From Eledone cirrhosa (Eukaryota): DNA of 64,000 nucleotides. The DNA lies in assembly GCA_964016885.1 (NCBI GenBank), contig OZ024741.1, positions 120,466,001 to 120,530,000 of the forward strand, written 5' to 3'. This document shows positions 24,670 to 37,993 of the stretch, one piece after another (the first letter of the stretch is position 1; every line of letters begins with the position of its first letter). The notes below the pieces were generated by a model. It made no database searches. It had not been told where the DNA came from and saw only the letters and a list, made by a program, of their open reading frames with translations. A program made the translations under genes and the position numbers.

Positions 24670-25142
24670 TAAAATTACAATAGGGTCCAAGAATTAATAT
24701 AATTACAATAGGGTTCAAAAATTAATATAACTACAATAGGGTCCAAGAATGAATATAATTATAATAGAATTCAAGAATTAATGTAATTGTAAAAGGGTTC
24801 AAGAATTAATATAATTATAATTGGGTCCAAGAATTAATATAATTATAATAGGGATCAAATATTAATAAAATTATAATAGGGTCCAAGTATTAATATAATT
24901 GTAAAAGGGTCCAAGTACTAATGTAATTATAATAGGGTCCAAGTATTAATATAATTACAATAAGGTCCAAGTATTAATATAATTAAAATAGCGTCCAAGT
25001 ATTAATATAATTACAATAGGGTCCAAGTATTAATATAATTAAAAAAGTGTCCAAGTATTAATATAATTACAATAGGGTCCAAGTATTAATATAATTACAA
25101 TAGGGTCCAAGTATTAATATAATTACAATATGGTCCAAGTAT
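24670..25142. repeat. ~29-bp AT-rich minisatellite, left part
   Basis: Unit gtattaatataattacaatagggtccaa, repeated with variants. Confidence 0.9.
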
Positions 25143-27523
25143 CTATAATAAAGGAAGGTCTGTGGGATTGCGTCCAGAATATATTTTTTTACCCCGTTTG
25201 TAAAATAAGTTGGATTACTTTGAATAAATAATGAATGAATATTACATAATTTATGTGCTAAATTTGGTGGCTGTTGATTAAATATATTTTATAGCTTATT
25301 TAAAGATCTTTAAAATTTACTTCTTTAAAATTATCAAGTGTCAACACTTCCAGTTAGCGGCCGTTATATTATAACACTTATAATCGCATATATTTCCGTC
25401 GCTAATTTTCTCCTAATGCAGTTTATATATAATGTTGTCTTTTTTTAATATATCGTCAATTACTGATTACACCGTGTAACATATATTTAGTTCCCCAGTT
25501 CTAAGTGTCATTTCATGGTTTGTTGTATTCCATTATTATAAAAAAACACTATTATTTAATCAGAAGTTTGGATTTGTGGTCAGGAGTTTGATATTTCAAA
25601 ATTTTCATATTTTTCAAGAAAAAACACATTATTTTTAAATTTATCAGTTCATATAATTAAATCAACAGAGTATATATTTATTTTATTACACAAGCTTATC
25701 AAAAGCAAACAAGTAAAAACAAAACTGGATTTCCTGGATTTGCAGTTGTAGTCCATTCTCGCACTAGCCCCCAGATATAGTCCCCCATCATTTTTTCATT
25801 GTAGTGGCCCTGGTACCTCCGCTCTATCTCTTTCACATCTTGGTGGAATCGTTCACCTTGTTCTTCTGAGTAGGCGCCCATATTGTCTTTGAATTTTTCC
25901 AGGTGAGCGTCCAGCATATGGAGTTTAAGCGACATCCTACATCCCATGGCGCCAAAAGCCTTTATCAGATCCTGCACCAGTTGCTGGTAGTTTTCAGCTC
26001 TGTAGTTGCCCAGGAAGCCCTTAACAACTGCCTTGAAACAGTTCCATGCTGTTCTCTCAATCCTATTGAGCTTATTGGAGAACTCGGTAGACACAAACAC
26101 CTTCTGTATTTGAGGTCCAACAAAAATTCCACCTTTGATTTTGGCTTCATATAACTTGGGGAAGAACTCAAGAAGGTACTTAAAAGCGGATGATTCTTGG
26201 TTGAGAGCCTTCACAAACTGCTTCATCAACCCCAACTTAATGTTCAGTGGCGGCATGAGCACAATCCTGGAATCAACCAGTAGCTCCCACATGATGTTCC
26301 GGGTCCCAACTACAAATTCTGTTCGCTGCTCCCAGTTTTTTTCTTTTGTAGTGGTCAGAGGTGGCTCTGCTGTCCCAAAAGCAGAGGAAGCATTGGAATT
26401 TGATAAAGCCTCCTTGGAGTCCAAGCAGGAAAGCCACCATCTCGAAGTCTCCAATGATTTCCCAATTGTACTGGTTGTATTGCAGAGCTTTCAAGAGGAC
26501 TTTCACACTGTAGTAATCTTCCTTCAGGCAGACTGAATGAGCTAGGGGCAGTGTCGGCAACTTGTTTCCATTGTGGAGGAGGACAGCCTTCAAACTTGTG
26601 GTGGAGCTGTCTATAAATAGCTACCACTCCTTGGGCACAAACGGCACCCCAATAACGTCAAACAGTCCAGGCACGTCATGGCAGAAGCAGAGGCCATCCC
26701 TAAGAGTGTAAAAGCCTGAGAAAGGTTTGTCGACTTCTCTGACTTGTCACCTGCACTTCCTCCTTGACCAAGTTCCACTGCTTCAACCTGGAGACAAATG
26801 CTTAAAACACAACTTACCCTTTATTCAGGGTGCAAAAATCCAGTATCAATAAATCTCTTTAATCAACTTTTTAACAATTTTATACTTTATTGCACTTTTA
26901 TAATTTCCTTTAGGTATTACTCTTTATTTTATAATTTTAATTTAACTTGAAATATATATATAAAAAATCATTTAACATAAGCAAATTAAACTTATATACA
27001 ACGTAAAATCCAGCATACAAATAATTCTAGTGAATAGCTTAGAATTTTTACAAACCCAAAATTTTAACTGTTTAATAGCACTTTTTTTTATTTATTTGGG
27101 ACCTAAGCAACACAAAAAAAGTGATTACAAGCCAGGAACAGAGAAAAAAAATTTTAATTAACAATATACACAGAAATTGAACGAAGACTGCATTACACTG
27201 TCTTATGTAATCAGTAACGTAATCCATAATACATTAAAAAAAGACGATATTATATATAAACTGCATTAGGAGAAAATTAGCGACGGAAATATATGAATGT
27301 TTATTTAAGCGATCGCTAACCGGAAGTGTTGACATTTGAAAATTTTAAAGAAGTGAATCTTAAAATAACCAACAAAATTATTATTTAATCAAGAATAACG
27401 AAATTTAGTAGATAAATTATGTAATATTCATTCGTTATTTATTCAAAGTAATCCAACTTATTTTACAAACGGGATAAAAAAATATATTCTGGACTCAGTC
27501 CCGCACTCCATATTTTATTATAG
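25143..27523. mobile_element. Composite element: ~330-bp inverted arms enclosing a second Chapaev3-like transposase fragment (- strand, ~25730-26800)
   Basis: Arms 25143-25471 and 27206-27523 are reverse complements; interior encodes KAVLLHNGN, PPLNIKLGLMKQFVKAL and SEEQGERFHQD. Confidence 0.78.
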
Positions 27524-27529
27524 TTTAGA

Positions 27530-27682
27530 TTATAAAAGGGTCCAAGTATTAATATAATTACAATATGATCCAAGTATTAATATAATTATAATAGGGTCCA
27601 AGTATTAATATAATTATAATAGGGTCCAAGTATTAATATAATTACAATAGGGTCCAAATATTAATATAATTATAATAGGGTA
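27530..27682. repeat. ~29-bp minisatellite, right part
   Basis: Same unit as 24670-25142. Confidence 0.88.
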
Positions 27683-27788
27683 TGTTTTGCTCTGTTAGAC
27701 TATTCTCTGTAGTCAAAAAGTACAGCGAAGTTACTAATTCAATAGTCTAATAATAACAGAATAAAATATACCCTATTATAATTATATA

Positions 27789-28220
27789 TACATGTCCCAG
27801 AAAAATGTATACATACTTTGATTACCTGTACAGGCAATATTTATTAGAATGCATAGCCTTTCCAAAAATAAAATGATCTACAGACATAATTCAATTGTAT
27901 GTAAACACCCAAAAATGTTTACATAATTTAAATAATTATTTCTACTTTTGGTACAAGGCCAGCAATTACCCCAGTGCATTACTGGTGCTTTATTTTATTG
28001 ACTCCGTAAGGATGTAAGGCAAAGTTAACCACGGCGGGATTTGAACTCAAAACGTAAAGGGCCATAACTCTATGTTGCAAAGCGTGTGGTCTGACGCTCT
28101 ACCGATACTGCAAATCCGCCGCCTATACATAATTTAAATAATGCTTATAAAACAGAATTTATTTTAATGCATTTTTTTTTGCTGTTGAAGTGTGTATACA
28201 TTTTTTTGAGACACCCTGTA
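27789..28220. mobile_element. Tc1-like MITE containing a SINE (- strand, 27937-28125) with a 17-bp TSD
   Basis: tgtcccagaaaaatgtatacatact / agtgtgtatacatttttttgagaca; tacataatttaaataat at 27920 and 28126. Confidence 0.7.
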
Positions 28221-28500
28221 TATGTGTGTGCGCATAGAACAATGAAAAAAAGCCAGAAGTCAGAAGTAGATAGTTAATTAGTTCATTGTTTTACAATTGT
28301 TTCAGAGGGTCGATTGTTCATGGAAGATCGATTTATCAACTAGCATGATCGATTTATCAACTAGCTACTACCTATTTCTAGTCTCACAATCAAGTTTAAC
28401 AATATCGGTTTTAATACACAATTTCACATAAAGAATCTTGCAGAAGAAATACATAAACGTGTATATATATAAACGACTATTTCACATATCTATATATATA

Positions 28501-28613
28501 TATAAAGATGGGAAAAGAAGTTACCATCGGCTGCTATGAAGAATCAAATTCCAGGGAGATATGGTGTTCGGTTCGTCGTTGCAGCCAATGGCAACCTATT
28601 TTTCCATCTCTAT
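28501..28613. repeat. Imperfect hairpin element next to a TA tract
   Basis: gatgggaaaagaagttaccatcggctgc / gcagccaatggcaacctatttttccatc. Confidence 0.7.
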
Positions 28614-28688
28614 AGCATCTTAGCACGTGAGCGCACCATTCTTTATAGCTTTATCACCTAAGCACTTCGTAAAAATCTAATAGATTGG

Positions 28689-28735
<47 letters not shown>

Positions 28736-28742
<7 letters not shown>

Positions 28743-29050
28743 ATATTTGGGAAGGGTCATATTGTTATAATATTGCCAGAAATAATAGTCTATCAAAGTT
28801 CGTTTGTCACACATCTGTGACATCATCAGTGGTACTATTATGTTTCCTCCAGTTGATAGACTATATATATATTTATATCTGTATTTTTAACCGTTGGTCA
28901 ATCAATGATAAACATTGATTGCCAGATAAATTAACTATGGAGATATAAAAGATACTGAAGCAAAAATCAACCCAAACCAAACAGTGGGTGTGTTTTATTA
29001 TTATTTCTGGCAATATTATAACAATATGACCCTCCCCAAATATAACAATA
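28736..29050. mobile_element. Element with ~50-bp inverted ends containing a decayed hammerhead (- strand, 28792-28833) homologous to the Penelope one
   Basis: Ends attgttatatttgggaagggtcatattgttataatattgccagaaataata and reverse complement; minus strand ctgatgatgtcacagatgtgtgacaaacgaactttga vs Penelope ctgaagagggcacagaatgtgtgacgaaagaactttga. Confidence 0.75.
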
Positions 29051-29346
29051 TTTGTTTCAGCACACGATTTCATATAAAAAACCTTGCAAAACAAATATAT
29101 ATATATGTATGTATGTATGTATGTATACATATATGTTAGGTTATATTGGAGTTTATCAATATATGTCCTAATAAGGATTATAGAAGCTCAATGCTAATCA
29201 GTATCCTTGGTCAATCAGTAACCCAAAAGGCAGAATGATTTTTAAACCCCTGTAGATTACGTTATGGACTGCTATGACACAAACTGCAGAACTCAAAATT
29301 TAATAAATTAAGAATGAATAACCAGTTTAGACTTATAACATGATTT

Positions 29347-29437
29347 TACTCTACAAATGTTTCAATGTAGGACAGCCGGCCATACCTCAATATATATACT
29401 GAGCATTAGTCTGCTGCTCTACATATCTTCAGGAGTA
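29347..29437 (-). ncRNA. Type-I hammerhead motif with an intact catalytic core
   Basis: UACUC-CUGAAGA-u AUGUAG..CUACAU u-GAAA-CA UU UG-UA-GAGUA. Confidence 0.75.
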
Positions 29438-29490
29438 TAAATGTTGTTACAAGCATCCAGATATAAACATGCAAAAAGTGACATCATAAT

Positions 29491-30440
<950 letters not shown>

Positions 30441-30451
30441 TATATATGCAG

Positions 30452-30684
30452 GTGTAGCCTACACCAACAATGAATTTGTACAGTCAAAAATTGGAGAAGA
30501 AGGTGCCATACCTGTTTTGATTCAGCTATTAGATGATAATTCTTCATGTCCAGAGATACAAGTGGAAATTGTCACAACATTGGCATGTATCGTACTACAG
30601 AACCAAAATAACCAGGAATTACTTTCAAATGAGATGAAATTTAGTTGGCATTGTCTTCTGAATTTGTTACAATCTCCAAATGAG
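30452..30684 (+). CDS. ANKAR: ANKAR exon
   Basis: tgcag|...|gtcagt; GVAYTNNEFVQSKIGEEGAIPVLIQLL...VEIVTTLACIVL. Confidence 0.85.
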
Positions 30685-31712
30685 GTCAGTAGATATTTAT
30701 TTCATAAAAACTAAGATCATTTTTTTGTAGTGGGGTATGGCTACAGTTGCACCAAAACCTTCACTGCTTCAATAGCCAGTATGAGTGTGGGAGGTTGTGA
30801 AGATAACTGACTTAGTGGTTAGAGTATTTGGCACACAATCATAAGGTTGTGAGTTCAATACACAGAGGTGCATTGTGCTTTTGAGTAAGACACATTATTT
30901 CACGTTACTCCTGTTCACTACACTGGCAAAAATGAGTTGCACTTATCATTCAAAAAGTCAGTTTTGGGACTTTCTGTGACACACCGAATCTTCCTGAGAA
31001 CTACATTAAGGGTACATGTGTCTGTGGAATGCTCAGTAGTCACTTTTTCGTTAATTTCATGAGCAGACCTGTTCCACTGATCAAAAAACTGGAATATTGG
31101 TCGTCGGAATGGGGGGGCGGGGGTTCCAACACACATTACCCATTGTGTGCATGTTGGACCTCTATCATTTCCAATGAAAAGTGCTCCATATTCCAGTTAT
31201 TCGAACAACCTCCCAACTTCCTCATGAAATTAATTATCATACAAGTGGCTGAGCATTCCACAGACATTATATTAGAGTGGTTGGTTGACAGAGTCGTTAG
31301 AACATCGTAGTTATGGTTCTTTACATTCTGAGTTCAAATCTCACCAATGTCAACTTTGCCTTTCATCCTTCCACTGGGGATGATTTTTATCAACATTCCC
31401 CATCCATTCCCCCAAATTGTTGGCCATGTGCTAATAATTAATTAGAAATCATTATTATTATTGGATGAGCAGTATCAGTGAAGCGTCGCATAACATGCTT
31501 TGTGGCATATAGTTACAGCCCTTTACATTCTGAGTTCAAATCCCACCGAGGTTAGCTTTGTCTTTCATCCTTACGGGGTCGATAAAATAAAGCACCAGTA
31601 ACATACTGGGGTCAATTTAATCGCCTTCCCCTCCCCTCAAATTACTGGCCTTGTGCCTAAAGTAGAAACAATTATTATTATTAGTATTGCTTTCAATTCT
31701 ATTTTCTTCCAG

Positions 31713-31871
31713 GACATACGTTTACGTGGTGGAATGGCATTGACTATATTCTCTTTCAATAACTTATCCTATCAGTCTGCCGTACGCGAAACAAGAGCCA
31801 TTGATTATGGCATATATGAGGAATTCTTGGAGTCGCCTGATCCTTATTACAGATCCTATGCAGCATTTCAG
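31713..31871 (+). CDS. ANKAR: ANKAR exon
   Basis: ttccag|...|gtagtt; DIRLRGGMALTIFSFNN...AAFQ. Confidence 0.85.
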
Positions 31872-32480
31872 GTAGTTTGAAGAATGCAAAATATTTTCGT
31901 TTTATATGTGTGAATAGACCGAAACTATAACATAAAGTAGAGAGGATCCTCTGGTCCTGTCAAGACTTTGATGATCTCTCTAGTGTTGGTGCCATGATAA
32001 AATGCACACAGTATACTCTGTAAAATGGGTATCAATTGAACAGAGACAATATAGGCTTCAGAGGACTCTTCAGCCTGGCCGAGCATGAAAGAACCTCTCC
32101 AGTGCTGGTGCCATGACAAAGTCAATGTAGAGTTTGAAAGGACTTACCAGTTTGACTGTGTTTCAGAACCTCTCTAGAGCTGCAGCCCAGTGGACTCTGT
32201 AAAGTGTTAATGCTGGAGCCATAATAAAAGCAGTACATTCTATAAGGGAGTTTACCTTAGGAAGGGCATCCAGTCATATAAACAATGCCAAATGTGGGAT
32301 GTAAGAGCATAATGACATCCCTTTGACCTTTCTAGTCTCGGACTGTGACAACCTGTCCAACTCATGGGAAAGAGGACATAAACTAATGGTGATGAATATA
32401 CACATATGGAAGGAGTATGCATTTAGTTGTTAGTGGTGTATATATGCATGTATTTATATATATATATATATATATACATA

Positions 32481-32520
<40 letters not shown>

Positions 32521-32689
32521 AATAAATGGAAAAGAATGAAACGAAATTTCATTTCTCACTCTTCGTATGGCTGGTACTTAAATGTAAGTATGTATACGTA
32601 CATACATATATATATATGTGTGCATGTATGTATATATATACAGACGTACAGTAGTATGTATATATATACATACATGCACACATATATAT

Positions 32690-32975
32690 ATGTACGTATG
32701 GGTTTACTGAACATTTATTATAATGCTCGGTTTGTTTGTAAACAACAGCCCAAATTACGCCGTACAGTATTCAGGCAACCATCGTCACCTTTTTGTTCAA
32801 TACTGACACAGGAACAATGTACTAGCTTCAAGCTTATTAGCTATCATCAGCATCGTATACCTTTCTGTCAGATGGTTGAACGTCTGAAATATATACTTTC
32901 CTTATGCATATTAACGGCTGAGAAGCCTAATTTGCATATCGAGTGAGTTAGTCGGCCGGGCGCACCGAAAACGAT
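32690..32975 (-). mobile_element. Single-arm hammerhead-element family member; ribozyme motif at 32815-32855 (-)
   Basis: CGAUG-CUGAUGA-u AGCU aaua AGCU u-GAAG-CUAG-UA-CAUUG; flanks homologous to the 3.1-3.7 kb element. Confidence 0.7.
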
Positions 32976-33553
32976 ATATGGAAAAGAATGAAACGAAATT
33001 TCATTTCTCATGAATATTTACAAAAATCAATCAATGTTGTTAATCTAGTGGCTAGATGCATTAAATTGATGGCAGTTCAAAATCCAATCACTTAATTAAG
33101 AAGGAACAAAGAATTGTTCCGATCAGTGTGGACTCAATAGATATAATGAATAGACAATACCAAACAAAACAGGAGGGTTTAATGTAACAAAGATTGCTGG
33201 CCAATGTTTAGCTCGCTCAATGAATCTGCCAAATTGCAGTAATTCACCTGTAACCAGCTGTTCAGAGTGCACACATTTTAGTCAATAGCAGTTACAATGG
33301 CTGTGTTTTGGTAGAAATATATATATATATATATTTGCTGAGTGAAATTGTTATACTTTGTGACGGCCACTACTAAACCAGCAGATAAATGGCTTACTTA
33401 CCTAACAAATAATAAAACTGAAGTCAAACTCAATTGGTTTGTGTATTTTTATTGGCAGCAGAACCTTTCCAAAATATAACAATATATATAAGTATGTGAG
33501 TGCGAATGTGTGAATACGTCTATGTATTTATATTTTGAAAATTTCTTATTTAG

Positions 33554-33981
33554 ATTGTTGTTCTTGCCCGTGTGATTATTGGTCGCAGTTCCGTATTTCT
33601 AACAGCAACTGGTGTGTCTCTCCTAGTTGAGACGCTACAATCTGAAGATGATGATGTTGTTATCTTGGCAGCAAGCCTTCTCTCAAGTTTATCACATACA
33701 CGTGCAGGTATTACTGATGCTATGTTCACTGTTGGTGCCCTTGAATTCCTTATCGAAAAATTGACCTCCTCTTCAAATCATCAGCTGAGGAGTGCAGTGG
33801 CAGTAACTCTCGGATATCTAACATTTAATCCAACTGCATCTCGAAATTTGTTCACTGCTTGTAGAAATATGCCAGGCTTGTATAACATGTTGGTAAAAAA
33901 TTTGAAAGAAAATGCCAAGATTAACTCCAAGTTCATAGACGACTTCAAAATGGCTCGTGATATTGGACTTCCCTCACAATG
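33554..33981 (+). CDS. ANKAR: ANKAR exon
   Basis: tttag|...|gttcgt; IVVLARVI...LSHTRAGI...LGYLTFN...CRNMPGLY...IGLPSQ. Confidence 0.88.
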
Positions 33982-34559
33982 GTTCGTATCATGTCTTTGA
34001 AATATATATTATTATATTATTTATCTTTTGGCCAGTGGCAGAGTCTTTAGAGCATTAGACAACATGCTATGTGACATATAGCTACGTCCCTTTACCTTCT
34101 GAGTACAATCTCACCAAGGTTCACTTTGCCTTATACTATTTATACGAGGAGTGGAATTATATATAGGGGGCGTGTCAGTAATATAGAAGGGATGTAAATA
34201 ATATGCAGAAGCAGTAATATACAAAAGATCTCAATTGGTTCACCACCATCTCAACCCTACCCACATTATTCAAGAATACTATATGTTCAAGACCCTAATA
34301 TGAAAGTGCCTCAGAATGTAAAGAGCTAGAATAAATACCAAGGACTTTTTAATCAGACACCCTAGTGACTCTGCTAATTAAACACCATAACATGTGTATT
34401 TACTTAGAAATAGTAGCATAGCAGAAAAATCACAGTGACATAACATCACAAGATGAGCTAGCTTAAGCCATAGGTCAACTCAAGATTGGTAAAACCCAGT
34501 GACCAGACAAGATCCTCTCAAAATTCTCGATATATTGTGGGCCAAGATCCCAAGAATGG

Positions 34560-35300
34560 TTCAGAAAGTTCTACTCTTGTAGGTTTACCAACCAAACCAT
34601 ACTGAAGATCTGGCAAAAGGATACTGTCATTGCCCTTCCAAAACCAAATAAACCTGTAGATGAGTTACAGATCAATCTCTTTCTTGTATGTCCCCTTCAC
34701 ATTCCTGGGGCGACTTCTTTTAGCCAGACTGGAACCAATATTCGACCCACAAAAAGACAGCTTTGAAAATTGTCAAGGCTGGCACGATCTTGGTCAACAT
34801 GACCACAGCCTATGAGACTGTGTGGCACCAGGGGCTGACTCAGACGTTAGTAAGAACAATTCGATTATGTGGTGCAGTTTATCTGCAACCTAGCCAACCA
34901 AAGCTTTGTCCTGAAAACTAGCACATGGCGCCACCTTCATAATAGAGTTGTTCAAGGCTTGGTACTATCACCGATGCTCTTTAGCCTATACATCAGTGAC
35001 ATACCCCAAACAACATCACAACTGTATGGTTATGCAGATGACCTCACCAACAGAGTTTGGACTAACATAGAGAGCTTACTAGCAGCAGACATGACCCAAC
35101 TGGCTACATATTTTAAGACCAGGAGATTGAAGCTGAGCATAGCAAAGACGACTAAAATGGCATCCAGCCTGAATACCAAGGAGGCCAACTGCCAGCTCAT
35201 CATTAACCCCGATGGCACACCCCTCCCATACAGCACCACACCGACCTATCTCAGAGTGAAATTGAACCGGCAGCACCTCGAGGTCATCATGGTTTCATTG
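34560..35300 (+). mobile_element. Decayed non-LTR RT fragment
   Basis: IALPKPNKP, YRSIS, VQGLVLSPMLFSLYISD, YADDL and PTYLRVKL motifs with frameshifts. Confidence 0.75.
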
Positions 35301-35944
35301 AAATAAGGTTGTTACCACAAGTTACAGTACACATAGGTCAGTAACAAATGGACACAAGACAGGATGATTCATCTTTTGATTATTTACAAATAAAATTTGG
35401 TACAAACCAATGTGTTGCAACTGAAAAGATGGAAACAAAGCCCGTCATATTAGCCTAGAGGATAAAGTATACACAGAAGGCGAAGGTGAAAAAGACAGAG
35501 AATATACAAACATAACATTTTTTCTTCTTTCCTTTGGAGGTAAGTCTTATGTACACAAACATATATATATATATATAGTGGGCTGGTGTTTGACTTGTTC
35601 TGAGGAGGCTAACTCCCTGCCAGTGAAGCTACTCTTAGCTGGTTACGTAATATTTAATAGCATTACCTAATTTCTGTACATGCCAGTCCTACATGGACTA
35701 TCACCAGCAGATAGAGTAGCAAAAACTAGTGCATTAATCTAGGGAGAGAGAATTAAATTCTCTACCCACACAAAATCGTTTCCCTCACTATTTAACATAT
35801 TAGTGTGCACTGCTTTCCTTTTTGGTTGGTATCTTAATGCTGGCTTAATTAAAACATTGAGTGAGAAAACAGTCGGAGATACATCAGTTCTTCCAATGAC
35901 TTTGTTTCAATATTATCATATATATATAGGCATATTTATGTTAT

Positions 35945-36059
35945 TATAGAAATGACTTCTACAGAACTAGAACCGTTTCATTTGTAAGAAATCATCAGGA
36001 CTTTCTTGGTGATTTCTTACGAATGAAACAGTTCTAGTCCTGTCGAAGTCATTTCTATA
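35945..36059. repeat. ~115-bp hairpin with a degenerate CTGATGA...GAAA motif (-)
   Basis: tatagaaatgacttctacagaactagaaccgtttcatt / aatgaaacagttctagtcctgtcgaagtcatttctata. Confidence 0.8.
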
Positions 36060-36099
36060 ATCTATATTTATATTTATTCATTCATTTAATGTGTTGCAG

Positions 36100-36152
36100 C
36101 CTGGAAATAAATGGTGGTTTCCCCGTCATGAAACCTAATGAGTGCAAGAGAG
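36100..36152 (+). CDS. ANKAR: ANKAR small exon
   Basis: tgcag|...|gtaagt; LEINGGFP, matching ANKAR GLPSxSLExNGGP. Confidence 0.8.
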
Positions 36153-36472
36153 GTAAGTATAACAAATTTAGCACCTTCAAAATGCGAACATATGGAATGG
36201 ACCTCTGGCGGTTTCAACAATGACTGTTCCAGTTGTCTGATCCACACTAATGAAAGACTGCTTAGAAACAGCTCACAAATTTAACCTGTAAGTGGCTGAA
36301 CATTTCACAGACACGCAACGTAAATCTCTGGGAAATTCAGTGTGAGTGTGTGTGATATGGCTGGCACTTGGAATCAGTGGTACAACTCAATTGTGGCTGT
36401 AGTAGTGTGTGGTATAATGTTATAGTTACTCTTGTTAGTGTCTTATTTGATGTTATAATTTCTCTATTTCAG

Positions 36473-36666
36473 TGTCCCATTGGAGTGAGACTCCATCATT
36501 GGAGCGTGATCACACCACTGGTAGTAGACGTGAAAAAGGTAACAAATCTCACCCCCTAAGAACAAAATCCGCCTTTCCTCTGAGGCAGAAGTCTCCTCAG
36601 AGCAAACCTTTATTGGAAAAATCCAAAACAATGATTGAAATGACAGCCAGGCCAAAAACACCGTAA
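36473..36666 (+). CDS. ANKAR: ANKAR terminal coding exon
   Basis: tttcag| acceptor in phase; reads to RPKTP-TAA. Confidence 0.7.
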
Positions 36667-37472
36667 TGTACTCACATGGACAGAGAAATATCAACAATGG
36701 ATGATGCACTAAACTGCACATTAATACTTTTCTTACCATATTCTTGACTTGAAAAGGTAAAACAATTAAAGAGGTGAATGGATCTACTTAAATAATACAA
36801 TATGATTTCTTACTTAAGCATAAAAATACTTTCATTGACCACTTTGTTAGCATATTTCTAATGAAAAACATTGCCTACAATTTTAAAATAATTTTGAAAA
36901 TAATCAAGAAGTTGGAGGAATTTAGTAATACAACTTATTTTCTCATTATGAAGGTGGTGTTTAGAACAAAGGTTTTTACAAACCTTTCGCTAGCATATTT
37001 CTAATTAAAGACACTATGTTTTAATAATTTTGAAAATAATTTCTTGTAAATTAATCTGGTGTCTGGAACAGAAGGTTTTTTTTATAATTCTTTTGTTACC
37101 ACACGTCTAATATATAAATAAATAAAAAAAAAAAATAAAAAATAAAAAAAAAAACACTGCATATAACCTGTTCATAATATAAGAGATATGTTTGTTAGTT
37201 CCTTCGAACATCACACAAAAACAAAAAGTGACGATCGAAAAGTAAGTACAGCAATGGAATAAGGGTATATCCAGGTTTATTGATACTAATTTTATAACAT
37301 CAAAGAAGAAAAACATTTTGGGTATGTTAACCAACCTGACTGCTATTTCTAACAGGTTGGGAATCAACCATAAGGGATTCTCTCTGCACATTCGTTGTTA
37401 GTGATAATCGTGTTTTGCAGCCAATTCGAACGCTGGTTTACACGCGCTCACACACACATTTATATATAATTA

Positions 37473-37993
37473 TCTATATCTACATACAATATAAAAGATT
37501 GGAACTTCCATCATCCTTTTGAGAAACGTGGAACCACATCTATGCCATTACTATTTACAGTCAAGCGGAAAATGAACCATTTCCTAGTGGTCACTATCCT
37601 TGGAGGCAATCAAGGAGAAAATACATTTATTCCCAAGATTCCTCTTGTCCCTTCCTCTACCATTCAAATTCTCAAGACTTCGGTTCCCTGTTAGAGCCAG
37701 TTTTGCTATGACATAAAGCTCAGAGTTTCAAAGTTGTAAGATTGAATACAAGAGAATTGCTTTTTATCCATCGACAGTTATATGTAGGTTGTGCACGAGT
37801 GGGAACACGTAGAAATCTTAATATACAATGCATGAACAGTAAAACAAAGAATCGGCTGTATATGGAAGATTCTTTACTGATGGTTGTTTGTCTGGTTTAC
37901 AGTATGAGGTGTGACAAAAGAACAAAGTCATTTTCTCTCGTTACCTGTCTTCCCTTATCAGTTTGCTTGAGCGAAGCTGGGTATGTCAGCTAG
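37473..37993 (+). mobile_element. Non-autonomous Helitron remnant (Pif1 helicase C-terminus)
   Basis: FIPKIPL, FKFSRLRFPVRASFAMT and QLYVGCARVG; 5' A|TC start, 3' CTAG|T end after a GC-rich subterminal segment. Confidence 0.75.
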
